Positions 21,805 to 32,000 are shown, counted from the stretch's first letter. The stretch is DNA of 32,000 nt from Otariodibacter oris (GCF_009684715.1 NZ_CP016604.1:293262-325261), one strand, 5' to 3'. The notes: generated from the sequence alone by a model not told the origin. Translations and numbers: made by a program.

Positions 21805-22326
21805 ATGAATCCAAGACGTAAATTGAAATTAATTGCTATTATTGTTATTTTATTTTGGTGTACTGTAGCTACTGGATTAGTGCTATACGCATTAAGTCAA
21901 AATATTGATTTGTTCTATACACCGTCAGAAATTATTTATGGAAAAGATAATCAAGCCGATAAAAAACCAAGTGTTGGGCAACGGATTCGTGTTGGTGGAA
22001 TGGTCGTAGAAGGCTCGGTGAAGCGAGATGATAAAACGCTAAAAGTAACATTTGGATTAAATGATATTGGTCCTGCAATCGAAGTTGAATACGAGGGTAT
22101 CTTGCCTGATCTATTCCGTGAAGGACAAGGTATTGTGGTACAAGGTGTATTAGTTGAACCGACAAAATTAAAAGCAACTGAAGTGTTAGCGAAACACGAT
22201 GAAAATTATATGCCACCTGATTTGAGTGAACAGATGAAAAAACAGCATCAGCCAATGGGGATCTCTGAATCGGATTTAAAAGGCGAATCTGAGCGTGATC
22301 GTAAGCTATCGGGAGAACTTCAATGA
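21805..22326 (+). CDS. ccmE: cytochrome c maturation heme chaperone CcmE
   Basis: 173 aa collinear with E. coli CcmE ([18 protein letters not shown]; VGQR.RVGGMV..GSV.RD...LKVTF; [18 protein letters not shown]; [12 protein letters not shown], containing the heme-binding His). N-terminal membrane anchor. The C-terminal tail is longer and more charged than in E. coli. Confidence 0.93.
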   Translation: MNPRRKLKLIAIIVILFWCTVATGLVLYALSQNIDLFYTPSEIIYGKDNQADKKPSVGQRIRVGGMVVEGSVKRDDKTLKVTFGLNDIGPAIEVEYEGILPDLFREGQGIVVQGVLVEPTKLKATEVLAKHDENYMPPDLSEQMKKQHQPMGISESDLKGESERDRKLSGELQ

Positions 22327-24281
22327 TTGCTGAGTTAGGAAATTATGCTCTTGCACTAAGTTTAGCTTTTGCAATTTTATTGGCGATCTTACCGCTTGTT
22401 GGTGCAGAAAAAGGGAATGCGACTTTAATTTCCCTTGCTCGGCCGATGACGTGGGCAATGTTTTTAAGTTTAACCTTATCATTTGGTTCACTCTTTTATC
22501 TTTTTGCAGTGAATGATTTTAGTGTGCAATATGTGGTGAATAACTCGAATAGCCAATTGCCACTTCAGTATCGACTGTCAGCGGTGTGGGGATCTCACGA
22601 AGGCTCGCTCTTATTATGGATTTGGTTACTTTCCCTGTGGAGTATTGCAGTTGCCTTATTTAGCCGACAAATGCCAGAGGATGCAGTGGCACGTGTCTTA
22701 GGGATTATGGGATTAGTGAGCGTTGGCTTTCTTATCTTTATTTTATTTACCTCTAATCCATTTTTACGCACTTTCCCTGATTTTCCAGTTGATGGACGAG
22801 AGCTTAACCCAATGCTACAAGATGTGGGCTTAATTTTTCATCCTCCATTATTGTATATGGGTTATGTGGGCTTTTCGATCGCCTTTGCTTTTGCCATTGC
22901 TTCATTGATGACGGGAAGATTAGATACCGCTTGGGCGAGATGGTCTCGACCTTGGACATTAGCAGCTTGGTCATTTTTAACTTTAGGTATCGTGCTTGGT
23001 TCTTGGTGGGCTTATTATGAATTAGGCTGGGGCGGTTGGTGGTTCTGGGATCCCGTAGAAAATGCCTCATTGATGCCTTGGCTTGCTGGAACAGCCCTAA
23101 TTCACTCTCTTTCAGTCACAGAAAAACGCAGTAGCTTTAAGGCGTGGACGGTACTTTTAGCCATATTAGCATTCTCACTTTGTTTATTAGGCACTTTCTT
23201 GGTGCGTTCGGGCATTTTAGTTTCGGTGCATGCATTTGCTTCTGACCCAACAAGAGGATTGTATATTCTACTTTACCTTGTGCTTGTGATAGGCGGTTCG
23301 TTGTTACTTTACGCTTATCAAGGGAGCAAAATTAAGAGCCTTGATAACTCAGAACGTTATTCGAGAGAGTCGGTCTTATTGTTGAATAATATCTTACTGA
23401 TGGCATTTTTATCAGTGGTTTTTTTAGGCACGATCTTACCGCTTATTCATAAACAATTAGGTTTGGGCAGTATCTCAATCGGGGCGCCATTCTTTGATCA
23501 AATGTTTATGGCATTAATGGTTCCTTTTGCATTTTTACTCGGGATCGGACCGCTTGTAAAATGGCGACGAGATAAATTCTCCGCTATTCGTTTGCCTGTG
23601 ATTATTTCATTGATTGCAATGGTTGTTTTAGGTTTTGGTCTGCCTTATCTGTTTAAAAATACCATTACCGTTAGTGTCGTATTAGGCACAATGATGTCGG
23701 TAATCATTATTGCATTAAGTTTGTATGAACTACATCAACGAGCAACCCATCGTCACTCATTCTTTGTAGGAATTACAAAGCTCTCACGTTCTCATTGGGG
23801 AATGGTGCTTGCACATTTAGGGGTTGCAATGACAGTATTTGGCATCGCATTTAGTCAAAACTTTAGTGTAGAGCGTAATGTGCGTTTGAATATTGGCGAT
23901 TCTGTTCAGATTTTGGATTATAACTTTACCCTAAAAAGTATTAACGATAGTAATGGGGCAAACTATGTTGGCGGAACGGCGGAGATCGAAATCACCAAAG
24001 ATCATCATCACGAAGCGACGTTATTTGCTGAAAAACGCTTTTATAATGTCAGTAAAATGGGTATGACTGAAGCGGCGATTGATTGGGGCTTTACTCGTGA
24101 TTTATATGCAGCCTTAGGCGAACGTCTTGATGATGGTTCTTGGGGATTGCGTTTATATTACAAACCGTTCATTCGTTGGATATGGTTTGGCGGCTTATTT
24201 ATGGTCTTTGGTGGGCTATTATGTATGTTTGATAAACGCTATCGATTAAAAATAAGCACATCCAAACAAAAACAAGAATGA
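22323..24281 (+). CDS. ccmF: cytochrome c heme lyase subunit CcmF
   Basis: 652 aa polytopic protein. ATGA overlap with ccmE. WWD-type tryptophan-rich motif [19 protein letters not shown]. The length fits CcmF rather than the shorter NrfE. Confidence 0.92.
   Translation: MIAELGNYALALSLAFAILLAILPLVGAEKGNATLISLARPMTWAMFLSLTLSFGSLFYLFAVNDFSVQYVVNNSNSQLPLQYRLSAVWGSHEGSLLLWIWLLSLWSIAVALFSRQMPEDAVARVLGIMGLVSVGFLIFILFTSNPFLRTFPDFPVDGRELNPMLQDVGLIFHPPLLYMGYVGFSIAFAFAIASLMTGRLDTAWARWSRPWTLAAWSFLTLGIVLGSWWAYYELGWGGWWFWDPVENASLMPWLAGTALIHSLSVTEKRSSFKAWTVLLAILAFSLCLLGTFLVRSGILVSVHAFASDPTRGLYILLYLVLVIGGSLLLYAYQGSKIKSLDNSERYSRESVLLLNNILLMAFLSVVFLGTILPLIHKQLGLGSISIGAPFFDQMFMALMVPFAFLLGIGPLVKWRRDKFSAIRLPVIISLIAMVVLGFGLPYLFKNTITVSVVLGTMMSVIIIALSLYELHQRATHRHSFFVGITKLSRSHWGMVLAHLGVAMTVFGIAFSQNFSVERNVRLNIGDSVQILDYNFTLKSINDSNGANYVGGTAEIEITKDHHHEATLFAEKRFYNVSKMGMTEAAIDWGFTRDLYAALGERLDDGSWGLRLYYKPFIRWIWFGGLFMVFGGLLCMFDKRYRLKISTSKQKQE
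22391..22399 (-). repeat. Apl-type uptake signal sequence core (ACCGCTTGT on the + strand)
   Basis: Exact 9-mer, inside ccmF. Confidence 0.7.
23548..23557 (-). repeat. Apl-type uptake signal sequence (GACCGCTTGT on the + strand)
   Basis: Exact 10-mer, inside ccmF. Confidence 0.75.
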
Positions 24282-24295
24282 TGAAATAGTAATAT

Positions 24296-24323
24296 GGGGG
24301 CTGATGAGATCAGCCCCTTTTTT
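24296..24323 (+). terminator. rho-independent terminator after ccmF
   Basis: ggggctgat - gag - atcagcccc followed by tttttt, 15 nt after the ccmF stop. Confidence 0.9.
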
Positions 24324-24426
24324 CATACTCAATCAGATGTTGCGAGGATGATTTTTACTTAATGAGAGTAAAGAATAATGTAGGTATTTCATAATTTTAT
24401 ATTTATTTTTCGTTTTGGAGAATCAA

Positions 24427-26832
24427 ATGCCTACTATTAGTAATGCTTCATTTATGACATCGGTTGAGCAAGAACTTAACCAATACTGTCAAGAACGTTT
24501 TATTGCCCCAGAACAACTCTCTAATACTCAATGGTTTCAATTTATCGCAAAGTGTAGTCAATCTACTATTTTGCAAAATTTTCCGACTAACCCACCGCTT
24601 GTGAATACGCGTAGAGTGAATTATCTCTCTATGGAATTTTTGATTGGTCGTCTACTTGGAAATAATTTGATGAGCCTGAGCGTTTATCAAGATGTGGATA
24701 ATTTTGTTGCAAAATATGGTAAGAATCTCGTAGATATTTTAGAAGAAGAACGTGATCCATCCCTTGGTAATGGTGGCTTAGGTCGTCTAGCGGCGTGTTA
24801 TTTAGATTCTATGGCAAGCCTTTCTCAACCAGCGATTGGCTATGGCTTACATTACCAATATGGTTTATTCAAACAACACTTCAATGAGTCTGGTGAACAA
24901 TTAGAAACAGGTGATAGCTGGAATCGTGATTTTTATTTACAGCAATATCACCGTCCTGATTTCCAACAAAAAGTGGGTTTTGGTGGAACAGTCGCTCAAA
25001 TTACAGACGATCAATATGATTGGCAGCCTGCATGGACCATTCAAGGTGAAGCATTTGATTTACCAGTGGTTGGATACAAAGGGGTACAACAACCTTTACG
25101 TTTATGGCAAGGTTATAGCGAAACTTCATTTGATTTAGCTCAGTTTAATGATGGGCAGTATTTGCAGGCTGAATCACATGTTATTGATGCGGCAAAATTA
25201 ACTAAAGTTTTATACCCAAATGATAACCATCAAGAAGGTAAAGCACTGCGTTTAATGCAGCAATATTTCCATTGTGCTTGTTCCATTGCTGATTTATTAC
25301 GTCAACATTTGGCTCAAGGACGTACTCTCATGGAATTACCTGAGTTTGAAGTGGTGCAATTGAATGATACTCACCCAGCACTAGCAATCCCAGAGTTGAT
25401 GAGAATTTTACTCGATCAGCATCATTTAAGTTGGGAACAAGCTTGGGCGATCTCTTCAAAAACATTTGCCTACACTAACCACACTTTATTACCAGAAGCA
25501 TTAGAGCAATGGGAAGATGGTTTAGTCGCACAATTATTACCTCGCCATATGTTGATTATTGAACGAATCGACCGTGAATTATTAGCCAAAGTAAGAGCAG
25601 AATTCAATGATGAAGAATTTGAACAAGCGTGGCGAGAAACTGCAATTTTAATGGATCACCGTGTACGTATGGCAAATTTATGTGTGGTGGGATCTTTTGC
25701 GGTAAATGGCGTTGCACAAATCCATTCAGAGTTAGTTGTGAGTGATCTTTTCCCATCTTACGCAAGATTATTTAAAGGGCGATTCCATAATGTAACCAAT
25801 GGTGTTACGCCACGTCGTTGGATTCGTCAAGCGAATCCACCATTAGCTCGTTTATTAGATAATCATATTGATGGCGACTGGACGAAAGATTTAGCATTGC
25901 TTAGTCAGCTAGAAAATCTTGTGGACGATCCGCATTTCCAAACAGCATATCAAGAGATCAAACAGTCTAATAAGCAGGTACTTGCTGATGTGATTGAGCA
26001 AGAAATTGGCTTGAAAGTGAATTGTAATGCGATTTTTGATGTGCAAATTAAGCGTTTCCACGAGTATAAACGTCAGCACCTCAATTTATTAAATATCATT
26101 GCAACTTACTTAGATCTTAAAGCTAATCCACAAAAAGATTTTGTGCCGAGATTATTTATTTTCGCAGGGAAAGCAGCACCAGGCTATTTTATGGCGAAGC
26201 AAATTATCCAAGCAATTAATGGTGTTGCTAAAGTGATTAATAACGATCCTGATATGCAAGGTAAATTACAAGTTGCCTTTTTACCTGATTATCGTGTGAG
26301 TTTGGCGGAAAAAATTATTCCAGCTGCAGATGTGTCAGAACAAATTTCACTAGCAGGTAAAGAAGCATCGGGTACAGGGAATATGAAATTAGCCTTAAAT
26401 GGTGCCATTACTTTAGGTACGTTAGATGGTGCAAACGTTGAAATTGCTGAATTTGCAGGCAAAGAAAATGTCGTTATTTTTGGACATACCGTTGAATCAG
26501 TCCGTCAATTACGTGAGCAAGGGTATGTGCCTCGTAGTTATTATGAACAAGATGAACAACTTAGAAATGCGATTGATGCATTAGCAAATGGTATGTTCTC
26601 AGATGGCGACACTCAACGTTTTAGTGCCTTAGTGGATAATCTACTAAACAGCGATTATTTCTGTGTATTGGCGGATTTTGCAAGCTATCGTGAAGCACAG
26701 CAAGAAATTGCAGAACGTTATAAGGATCAAGCCGCCTGGAGTCGTTCGGCTATGTTAAATACTGCACGTTTAGGCACATTTAGCTCCGATCGCTCTATTC
26801 GTGATTATCAAACTCGAATCTGGAAAAAATAG
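24427..26832 (+). CDS. malP: maltodextrin/glycogen phosphorylase (GT35), closest in pattern to MalP
   Basis: I prefer ATG 24427 (SD ggag 6 nt upstream) to the TTG at 24415 used by the track. Collinear with E. coli MalP (VNY.SMEFLIGRL.GNNL; DP.LGNGGLGRLAAC.LDSMA; W.I.G.A.DLPVVGY; FDL..FNDG..L.AE; KLTKVLYPNDNH..GK.LRLMQQYF.CACS; LNDTHP..AIPEL.R.L.D). PLP lysine motif EASGTGNMKLALNGA. Confidence 0.9.
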   Translation: MPTISNASFMTSVEQELNQYCQERFIAPEQLSNTQWFQFIAKCSQSTILQNFPTNPPLVNTRRVNYLSMEFLIGRLLGNNLMSLSVYQDVDNFVAKYGKNLVDILEEERDPSLGNGGLGRLAACYLDSMASLSQPAIGYGLHYQYGLFKQHFNESGEQLETGDSWNRDFYLQQYHRPDFQQKVGFGGTVAQITDDQYDWQPAWTIQGEAFDLPVVGYKGVQQPLRLWQGYSETSFDLAQFNDGQYLQAESHVIDAAKLTKVLYPNDNHQEGKALRLMQQYFHCACSIADLLRQHLAQGRTLMELPEFEVVQLNDTHPALAIPELMRILLDQHHLSWEQAWAISSKTFAYTNHTLLPEALEQWEDGLVAQLLPRHMLIIERIDRELLAKVRAEFNDEEFEQAWRETAILMDHRVRMANLCVVGSFAVNGVAQIHSELVVSDLFPSYARLFKGRFHNVTNGVTPRRWIRQANPPLARLLDNHIDGDWTKDLALLSQLENLVDDPHFQTAYQEIKQSNKQVLADVIEQEIGLKVNCNAIFDVQIKRFHEYKRQHLNLLNIIATYLDLKANPQKDFVPRLFIFAGKAAPGYFMAKQIIQAINGVAKVINNDPDMQGKLQVAFLPDYRVSLAEKIIPAADVSEQISLAGKEASGTGNMKLALNGAITLGTLDGANVEIAEFAGKENVVIFGHTVESVRQLREQGYVPRSYYEQDEQLRNAIDALANGMFSDGDTQRFSALVDNLLNSDYFCVLADFASYREAQQEIAERYKDQAAWSRSAMLNTARLGTFSSDRSIRDYQTRIWKK
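24594..24602 (-). repeat. Apl-type uptake signal sequence core (ACCGCTTGT on the + strand)
   Basis: Exact 9-mer, inside malP. Confidence 0.7.
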
Positions 26833-26872
26833 TCATTGGATGACAATAACTTTCTAATTTAGATTGAAAGAT

Positions 26873-26906
26873 AAAAGCAGGAATACAATGTATTTCTGCT
26901 TTTTTT
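26873..26906 (+). terminator. rho-independent terminator after malP
   Basis: gcaggaata - caatg - tatttctgc (one G-U pair) followed by ttttttt. Confidence 0.8.
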
Positions 26907-26911
26907 ATTAT

Positions 26912-26939
26912 TCGACAATTTGCAAAAAATCACTACAAT
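26912..26939 (+). promoter_or_regulatory. candidate sigma70 promoter for rep
   Basis: -35 TCGACA (26912-26917), 16-nt spacer, -10 TACAAT (26934-26939), 28 nt upstream of the rep ATG. Motif match only. Confidence 0.35.
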
Positions 26940-26967
26940 CTTACCGCTTATGAGATAGGGAGATGAC

Positions 26968-28995
26968 ATGAAATTAAATCCACAACAACAACAGGCAGTA
27001 GAAACGATCACAGGACCTTGTCTTGTACTTGCTGGTGCAGGTTCGGGAAAGACTAGGGTGATTATCAATAAAATTGCTCACCTGATTGAAAATTGTGACT
27101 ATTCACCTAAACACATTGCAGCTGTGACTTTTACCAACAAAGCGGCACGAGAAATGCGTGAACGTGTGGCTCATTCTATCGGTAAAGAAAACAGTAAAGG
27201 GCTGACGATTTCTACCTTTCATACCTTAGGTTTTGAAATCCTAAAACGAGAGCATAAATTGCTTGACTACAAATCAGGTATGACGTTATTTGATGAACAT
27301 GATCAGATTGCCCTTTTAAAACATTTGTTGCCCGAAAATGTCACCGAAGATAAAGATCTCCTTAAGCAACTGATTTCTACGATCTCAAACTGGAAAAATG
27401 ATCTACTCTTACCAGAGCAAGTGATTGGGCAAACAGTGAGCGATCGGGATCGTGTTTTCTCCCATTTTTATCAGCAGTACCAAAATCAATTAAAAGCTTA
27501 TAATGCGTTAGATTTTGATGATCTGATTATGCTCCCAACCTTTATTTTTCGCCAATTTCCCGAAGCTAAAGCACGCTGGCAAAATAAAATCCGCTATTTA
27601 TTAGTAGATGAATACCAAGACACCAACACAAGCCAATATGAATTAATCAAACTGATTGTAGGCGAACAAGGTAACTTTACTGTGGTGGGTGATGATGACC
27701 AATCTATCTACTCTTGGCGGGGGGCGAAGCCTGAGAATATGGGAAGATTACAAACAGACTTCCCACAATTAAAGGTGATAAAACTCGAACAAAATTACCG
27801 CTCAACGCAACGTATTTTGCATTGTGCTAACATCTTAATTGATAATAACGACCACCTTTTTGCCAAACGTCTCTTTTCACAATTGGGTGAAGGTGAAAAG
27901 TTAAATGTAATTGAAGCCAAGAACGAAGAACACGAGGCGGAACGTATTGTCGGCGAATTGATTGCACACCGTTACAGTCGCAAAACGAAATATAAAGATT
28001 ATGCTATTTTATATCGGGGCAACCATCAATCTCGTTTACTCGAAAAATTACTCATTCAAAATCGTATCCCTTACAAAATTTCGGGTGGAACGTCATTTTT
28101 TGCCAAAGCAGAAATCAAAGATATGTTGGCGTATTTAAGGCTAATCGTAAATCAAGATGATGATGCCGCATTTCTCCGTATTGTTAATACACCAAAACGA
28201 GAAATTGGAGCAGCAACTCTTGAAAAACTTGGGCAATTAGCTAATGAAAAACATGTGAGTTTATTTGAGGCGATTTTTGATTTTGAATTGATACAACGTT
28301 TAACCCCTCGTCCCTATCAAGCATTGCAAGATTTTGCCCGTTGGATTGTGGAGTTATCTGATCAAGCGGTCAGATCCGAGCCACAAAATGCAGTAAAAGC
28401 AATGTTGGCACATATTCAGTACGAAGCCTATTTGTATGAAACGGCAAGTACACCGAAAGCGGCAGAAATGCAAAGTCGTAATGTTCAAACGCTATTTGGC
28501 TGGGTAGAAAAAATGCTCGAAGGTGATGAACTCAACGAACCAATGAATTTAAGCCAAGCTGTCACTAATCTCACTTTACGAGATATGATGGAAAGAGGTG
28601 AAGATGATGATGCTTCTGATCAGGTGCAATTAATGACTCTCCATGCCTCAAAAGGCCTGGAATTTCCGCACGTGTTTCTTATTGGGATGGAAGAAGGTTT
28701 ATTACCCCATCAAACCAGTATTGATGAAGATAATGTGGATGAAGAACGTCGTCTAGCTTATGTAGGTATTACTCGAGCACAACAAACCTTAACTTTTTCT
28801 TTATGTAAAGAACGCCGTCAGTATGGTGAAATCATTAAGCCCGAAGCTAGCCGTTTCTTACTTGAACTTCCACAAGACGATTTACAATGGGAAAAAGATA
28901 AACCACCGCTTACAGAGATTCAGAAAGAAGAAAAAATCACGAGTAATATCGCAAACTTACGAGCAGTTTTACTTAGTAAAATACAGCAAAAATGA
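26968..28995 (+). CDS. rep: ATP-dependent DNA helicase Rep (SF1A)
   Basis: 675 aa with very high collinear identity to E. coli Rep ([34 protein letters not shown]; [18 protein letters not shown]; [26 protein letters not shown]....[19 protein letters not shown]; KLEQNYRS; [30 protein letters not shown]; [16 protein letters not shown]...[43 protein letters not shown]...[16 protein letters not shown]). SD gggag. Confidence 0.96.
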   Translation: MKLNPQQQQAVETITGPCLVLAGAGSGKTRVIINKIAHLIENCDYSPKHIAAVTFTNKAAREMRERVAHSIGKENSKGLTISTFHTLGFEILKREHKLLDYKSGMTLFDEHDQIALLKHLLPENVTEDKDLLKQLISTISNWKNDLLLPEQVIGQTVSDRDRVFSHFYQQYQNQLKAYNALDFDDLIMLPTFIFRQFPEAKARWQNKIRYLLVDEYQDTNTSQYELIKLIVGEQGNFTVVGDDDQSIYSWRGAKPENMGRLQTDFPQLKVIKLEQNYRSTQRILHCANILIDNNDHLFAKRLFSQLGEGEKLNVIEAKNEEHEAERIVGELIAHRYSRKTKYKDYAILYRGNHQSRLLEKLLIQNRIPYKISGGTSFFAKAEIKDMLAYLRLIVNQDDDAAFLRIVNTPKREIGAATLEKLGQLANEKHVSLFEAIFDFELIQRLTPRPYQALQDFARWIVELSDQAVRSEPQNAVKAMLAHIQYEAYLYETASTPKAAEMQSRNVQTLFGWVEKMLEGDELNEPMNLSQAVTNLTLRDMMERGEDDDASDQVQLMTLHASKGLEFPHVFLIGMEEGLLPHQTSIDEDNVDEERRLAYVGITRAQQTLTFSLCKERRQYGEIIKPEASRFLLELPQDDLQWEKDKPPLTEIQKEEKITSNIANLRAVLLSKIQQK

Positions 28996-29193
28996 CTTTG
29001 GATTAAATCAAAATATTTACATTATATTAAAAATCTTAAATACAACGTAAATACTTTAAAATTCTTTACATAGTTGGATTGCATGTTTTGTTGATATTGT
29101 GTGCAGTTGATGTATTATTTATCTACGACTCATTGGGTTTTGTGTTAATCCTGTGCTTTTTAAGTTAATAAATTATTTTTAGGAGATTGTGTT

Positions 29194-32000
29194 ATGAATC
29201 ATATTTATAAACTGAAATTCAGTAAACGTTTAGGGCAACTTATTGCTGTATCTGAGATAGCAAAAGGTTCTGAACATAAGTCTGGAGTAAATGATACTAA
29301 CAATACAGAATCTTCATCACTACGTTCTTTATTTAAATTATCAATTTTAGCAGCATCTATTGGGTTATTCAGTGTAACTCAAGTTCAAGCAAACACAGTT
29401 GCAGGAGTTATTGGTATAAAGAGTGATGGCTCTGTGGGTGCGGTTGATGTAACTGTTAGTGGACGTGGTATTAGTACTTATATAAACAGAACTCAACCTG
29501 ATGGTGTCAGAACAGTATCTTTGACAAATACTAAAAATCCTGGTGGCATTGATGAGTCAGTCATAATAGGGGCAGATGCTAAAGTTATTGGTAAGCAAGG
29601 CGTTGCTGTAGGATACCTTAGTGGTGCAAATGCTCAGGGTACAGCTGTTGGTACAAATGTGTACGCAAGTGGAGAGTCTTCAATTGCAATAGGTAACGAT
29701 GATATTTCTTCTGTTTATCGAGATAAATTACCAGTGGGAACTGTAAGAAGATTATATGGAAATATTTATCGAGGCGATCATCCTTTTTTAACAGAAGGAA
29801 AATTTGATCAAACATATGTTAATGGAAGTGGAAGCAATTCCAAATTGATATATTCACCAACAGCTGCGACAGGGGCTGGATCTATCGCTATTGGGTCGCG
29901 TTCTCTTGCTTATGCTAATGGTTCAACCTCTGTGGGAACATTGTCATTTGCATTAGCTGATGGATCAACAGCAATTGGTTTACGTTCTTTTGTTGATGAG
30001 CATGCAAATAGTGCAACAGCAATGGGGGAAGAAGCCAGAGCTTTTGCAAGTAACACAATCTCTATTGGTAATAAATCGGAAACAGGAAATAAAGGCGCAA
30101 ATGCTTACGGATATAATGCACGAGCTATTGGTGTTGGTTCTATCGCTATCGGGCAGAGTGTTGCGGCAAATGCTAAATTACAAAATCGTTCACAAAATAG
30201 ATTTATTTCTGCGTTAAAAAATGTGAGTGCTTCTGGAAATACAAAAGGTTTCTTCAACAGATTGGGCGCAAGTCCAAGTCAAAATGGAATTGATTTTGAG
30301 TATCAAACTGGTAAAGATATTGTTATAGAAACAGATACTACCCAAGTTAAGAAAACATTAAAACAAAACGATCATTCTGTTGGTATCGGGTACTATGTAA
30401 TTTCTAATGGGGAAAACAGTATTGGTGTTGGTTCTGCTGTAGGGGCACTAGGAGATAATTCTGTAGCAATTGGTTCACTATCTTACGTTGATAAACAAGC
30501 ATCTAATGCTGTTGCGTTAGGGACAAATGCTGTAGTAAATAATGCAAGTGGTATGGCTTTAGGTGATCAAGCGTCAGTTACATTAGATAACTCTGTTGCA
30601 TTAGGTTACCTCTCTAAAACAGATTATTCTGTTGAAGATTTACAATCACCAGCTTGGGTTGCAAGAGGATCTTATTCTATCCCATCTTCAACCAGAGTTG
30701 GTGTTATTTCTGTAGGTAAAAAAGGGTATGAACGTCGTATTGTTAATGTAGCTCCAGGATATAGAGATACTGATGCCGTTAATATTTCCCAATTGAAGAG
30801 TTTACAAGATAGACTAGATTTTTCTAATGCTGATAATGCAAATAGAGCAATTCATTATGTTTCCATTGATACGCTAAATCAAGGTGGATTGGGTAAAGAG
30901 TTAGCTGATTTAGAAAGAAAAGAAAATGCTTTCAAAGAATACATTAATTTAAAATCTCAACTTCTTACAGTCGATGCGAGAAGAATTGAGAGTAATGGCT
31001 CAATTGATGAAGAAAAAGTTAAACCTCTTAAAGACAGAGTAGCATCACTCGAAAAAGACGCGATGATTGCTAATTTAGTTAATAATAGTAATTTGAAAAA
31101 ATTATCTTTTAATAACCAAAATGGTCAATTTAATTTTGATAAAGCTATTGCGGATATTGAGAGTGCAAGAGATAAAGATGAAAATACAGGTGCATTAACC
31201 GCACAAGAGAAACAAAAACTCACTCAATATAATTACAATAACCAAGGTGCTAAAGGTAAAGATTCTATTGCAATTGGTTACAATGCTTCTACTGCCGCAG
31301 GGTCAACTAATAGTGTAGCAATTGGTGCGAATTCTAATGCTTCATTAAATTATGACAGAATTAAAAATATAAGTGGTTACGATGTTTCAACTAATAGGGA
31401 ATCTGCTGAAACATCATCTACTTGGCGTCCAACTGCAGGAGAATTTTCTATTGGGAATGATGATAGTACTCGTCGTATAACTCATGTCGCTGCTGGGGCT
31501 AGTGATACGGATGCTGTCAATGTTGCACAATTGAAAAAAGTGACAGCAGCAGCTAGTGCAAATTCTTTAGGATCATTTACAGTAAGTAGTTCTACAGATA
31601 CTACAACGAGTGATAAGATTGTTGTTGATAAGAATAATCCAAACTTAGTTATCTCAGGTAAAAATGGTGAATTAGTTTCTACTGTTAGTACTACAGATAG
31701 AAAAGTTGAATTATCACTTGATCCGAGTTTGAAAAAGAAAGTTGATAATGCGTTGTCGAAAGATGATGTAAATGACAAGGCAAAATTATCTTATAAAGCT
31801 AATGGGCAAAATTCTCAGAATGTGACTTTAAGTACAGGTTTAGATTTTACCAATGGTAAGAATACCACAGCCTCTGTAGCTAAAGATGGTGTTGTTAAAT
31901 TTGATTTGAATAATACTTTAACTGGTATTAGTAGTATTTCTAATAAGGCTGGTAATGCTGGAACAATAGTAACAATTGCTGATAATGGTATTAGTCTAAA
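29194..32000 (+). CDS. trimeric autotransporter adhesin (YadA/Hia/Hsf-like), N-terminal 935 codons; gene runs off the right edge
   Basis: Hand translation from ATG 29194 (SD aggag 8 nt upstream) shows no stop through 31998. It is not in the ORF track because it is open-ended. The extended signal peptide region MNHIYKLKFSKRLGQLIAVSEIAKG is followed by a classical signal peptide ...LFKLSILAASIGLFSVTQVQA|NT. YadA-head-type repeats (SIAIGNDD, GSIAIGSRS, STAIGLRS, NTISIGNKS, GSIAIGQS, NSIGVGS, NSVAIGS, NAVALGT, NSVALGY) are present. Two neck motifs occur: VGVISVGKKGYERRIVNVAPGYRDTDAVNISQLKSL (nt 30697-30804) and EFSIGNDDSTRRITHVAAGASDTDAVNVAQLKKV (nt 31441-31542). A coiled-coil-like stalk separates them. 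Confidence 0.9.
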   Translation, partial: MNHIYKLKFSKRLGQLIAVSEIAKGSEHKSGVNDTNNTESSSLRSLFKLSILAASIGLFSVTQVQANTVAGVIGIKSDGSVGAVDVTVSGRGISTYINRTQPDGVRTVSLTNTKNPGGIDESVIIGADAKVIGKQGVAVGYLSGANAQGTAVGTNVYASGESSIAIGNDDISSVYRDKLPVGTVRRLYGNIYRGDHPFLTEGKFDQTYVNGSGSNSKLIYSPTAATGAGSIAIGSRSLAYANGSTSVGTLSFALADGSTAIGLRSFVDEHANSATAMGEEARAFASNTISIGNKSETGNKGANAYGYNARAIGVGSIAIGQSVAANAKLQNRSQNRFISALKNVSASGNTKGFFNRLGASPSQNGIDFEYQTGKDIVIETDTTQVKKTLKQNDHSVGIGYYVISNGENSIGVGSAVGALGDNSVAIGSLSYVDKQASNAVALGTNAVVNNASGMALGDQASVTLDNSVALGYLSKTDYSVEDLQSPAWVARGSYSIPSSTRVGVISVGKKGYERRIVNVAPGYRDTDAVNISQLKSLQDRLDFSNADNANRAIHYVSIDTLNQGGLGKELADLERKENAFKEYINLKSQLLTVDARRIESNGSIDEEKVKPLKDRVASLEKDAMIANLVNNSNLKKLSFNNQNGQFNFDKAIADIESARDKDENTGALTAQEKQKLTQYNYNNQGAKGKDSIAIGYNASTAAGSTNSVAIGANSNASLNYDRIKNISGYDVSTNRESAETSSTWRPTAGEFSIGNDDSTRRITHVAAGASDTDAVNVAQLKKVTAAASANSLGSFTVSSSTDTTTSDKIVVDKNNPNLVISGKNGELVSTVSTTDRKVELSLDPSLKKKVDNALSKDDVNDKAKLSYKANGQNSQNVTLSTGLDFTNGKNTTASVAKDGVVKFDLNNTLTGISSISNKAGNAGTIVTIADNGISL

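Noticed and set aside
24346-24351. GGATGA (MalT-box core) upstream of malP
   Set aside because: It is a single 6-nt core without the flanking G-rich consensus or a second or third box. That is too weak to call MalT regulation.
19197-31778. Short ORFs overlapping gshAB, ccmE/ccmF, malP, rep and the adhesin (19197-19415, 19806-20000, 21932-22255, 22306-22491, 22804-23070, 24911-25138, 26859-27068, 28823-29050, 29618-29815, 29960-30217, 31482-31778)
   Set aside because: They are antisense or out-of-frame shadows of well-supported genes. The three in 29618-31778 sit inside the open-ended adhesin frame that the track did not list.

Overview
AT-rich Pasteurellaceae chromosomal backbone. The 16S/23S/5S sequences are Pasteurellaceae-like. 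Eight exact copies of the Apl-type uptake signal sequence ACAAGCGGT suggest the Actinobacillus/Mannheimia/H. ducreyi subclade. Gene order: hemL (partial, minus strand) | an 11-gene enterobacterial common antigen (ECA) cluster, wecA-wzzE-wecB-wecC-wecD-wecE-wzxE-wecF-[orphan lipoprotein]-wzyE-wecG | a composite stable-RNA operon (UP element/promoter, tRNA-Arg, tRNA-His, tRNA-Pro, boxA/boxC, 16S, tRNA-Glu, 23S, 5S, terminator) | gshAB, the fused glutathione synthesis enzyme | phoH/ybeZ (minus strand) | ccmE-ccmF | malP-like phosphorylase | rep helicase | the 5' 2.8 kb of a trimeric autotransporter adhesin that runs off the right edge. The supplied ORF track omits the two open-ended genes (hemL and the adhesin); I recovered both by hand translation. 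I saw no CRISPR array, IS element, integrase, prophage, toxin-antitoxin or defence-like genes. I do not see a convincing novel multi-gene system. The points most worth a second look are: an unrecognised lipoprotein gene inside the ECA cluster, three tRNAs placed between the promoter and boxA of the rrn operon, a ccmEF pair detached from the rest of the ccm genes with an FNR-type box at class II spacing, and the large adhesin gene. All calls rest on by-eye translation and remembered homologues. No searches were run.
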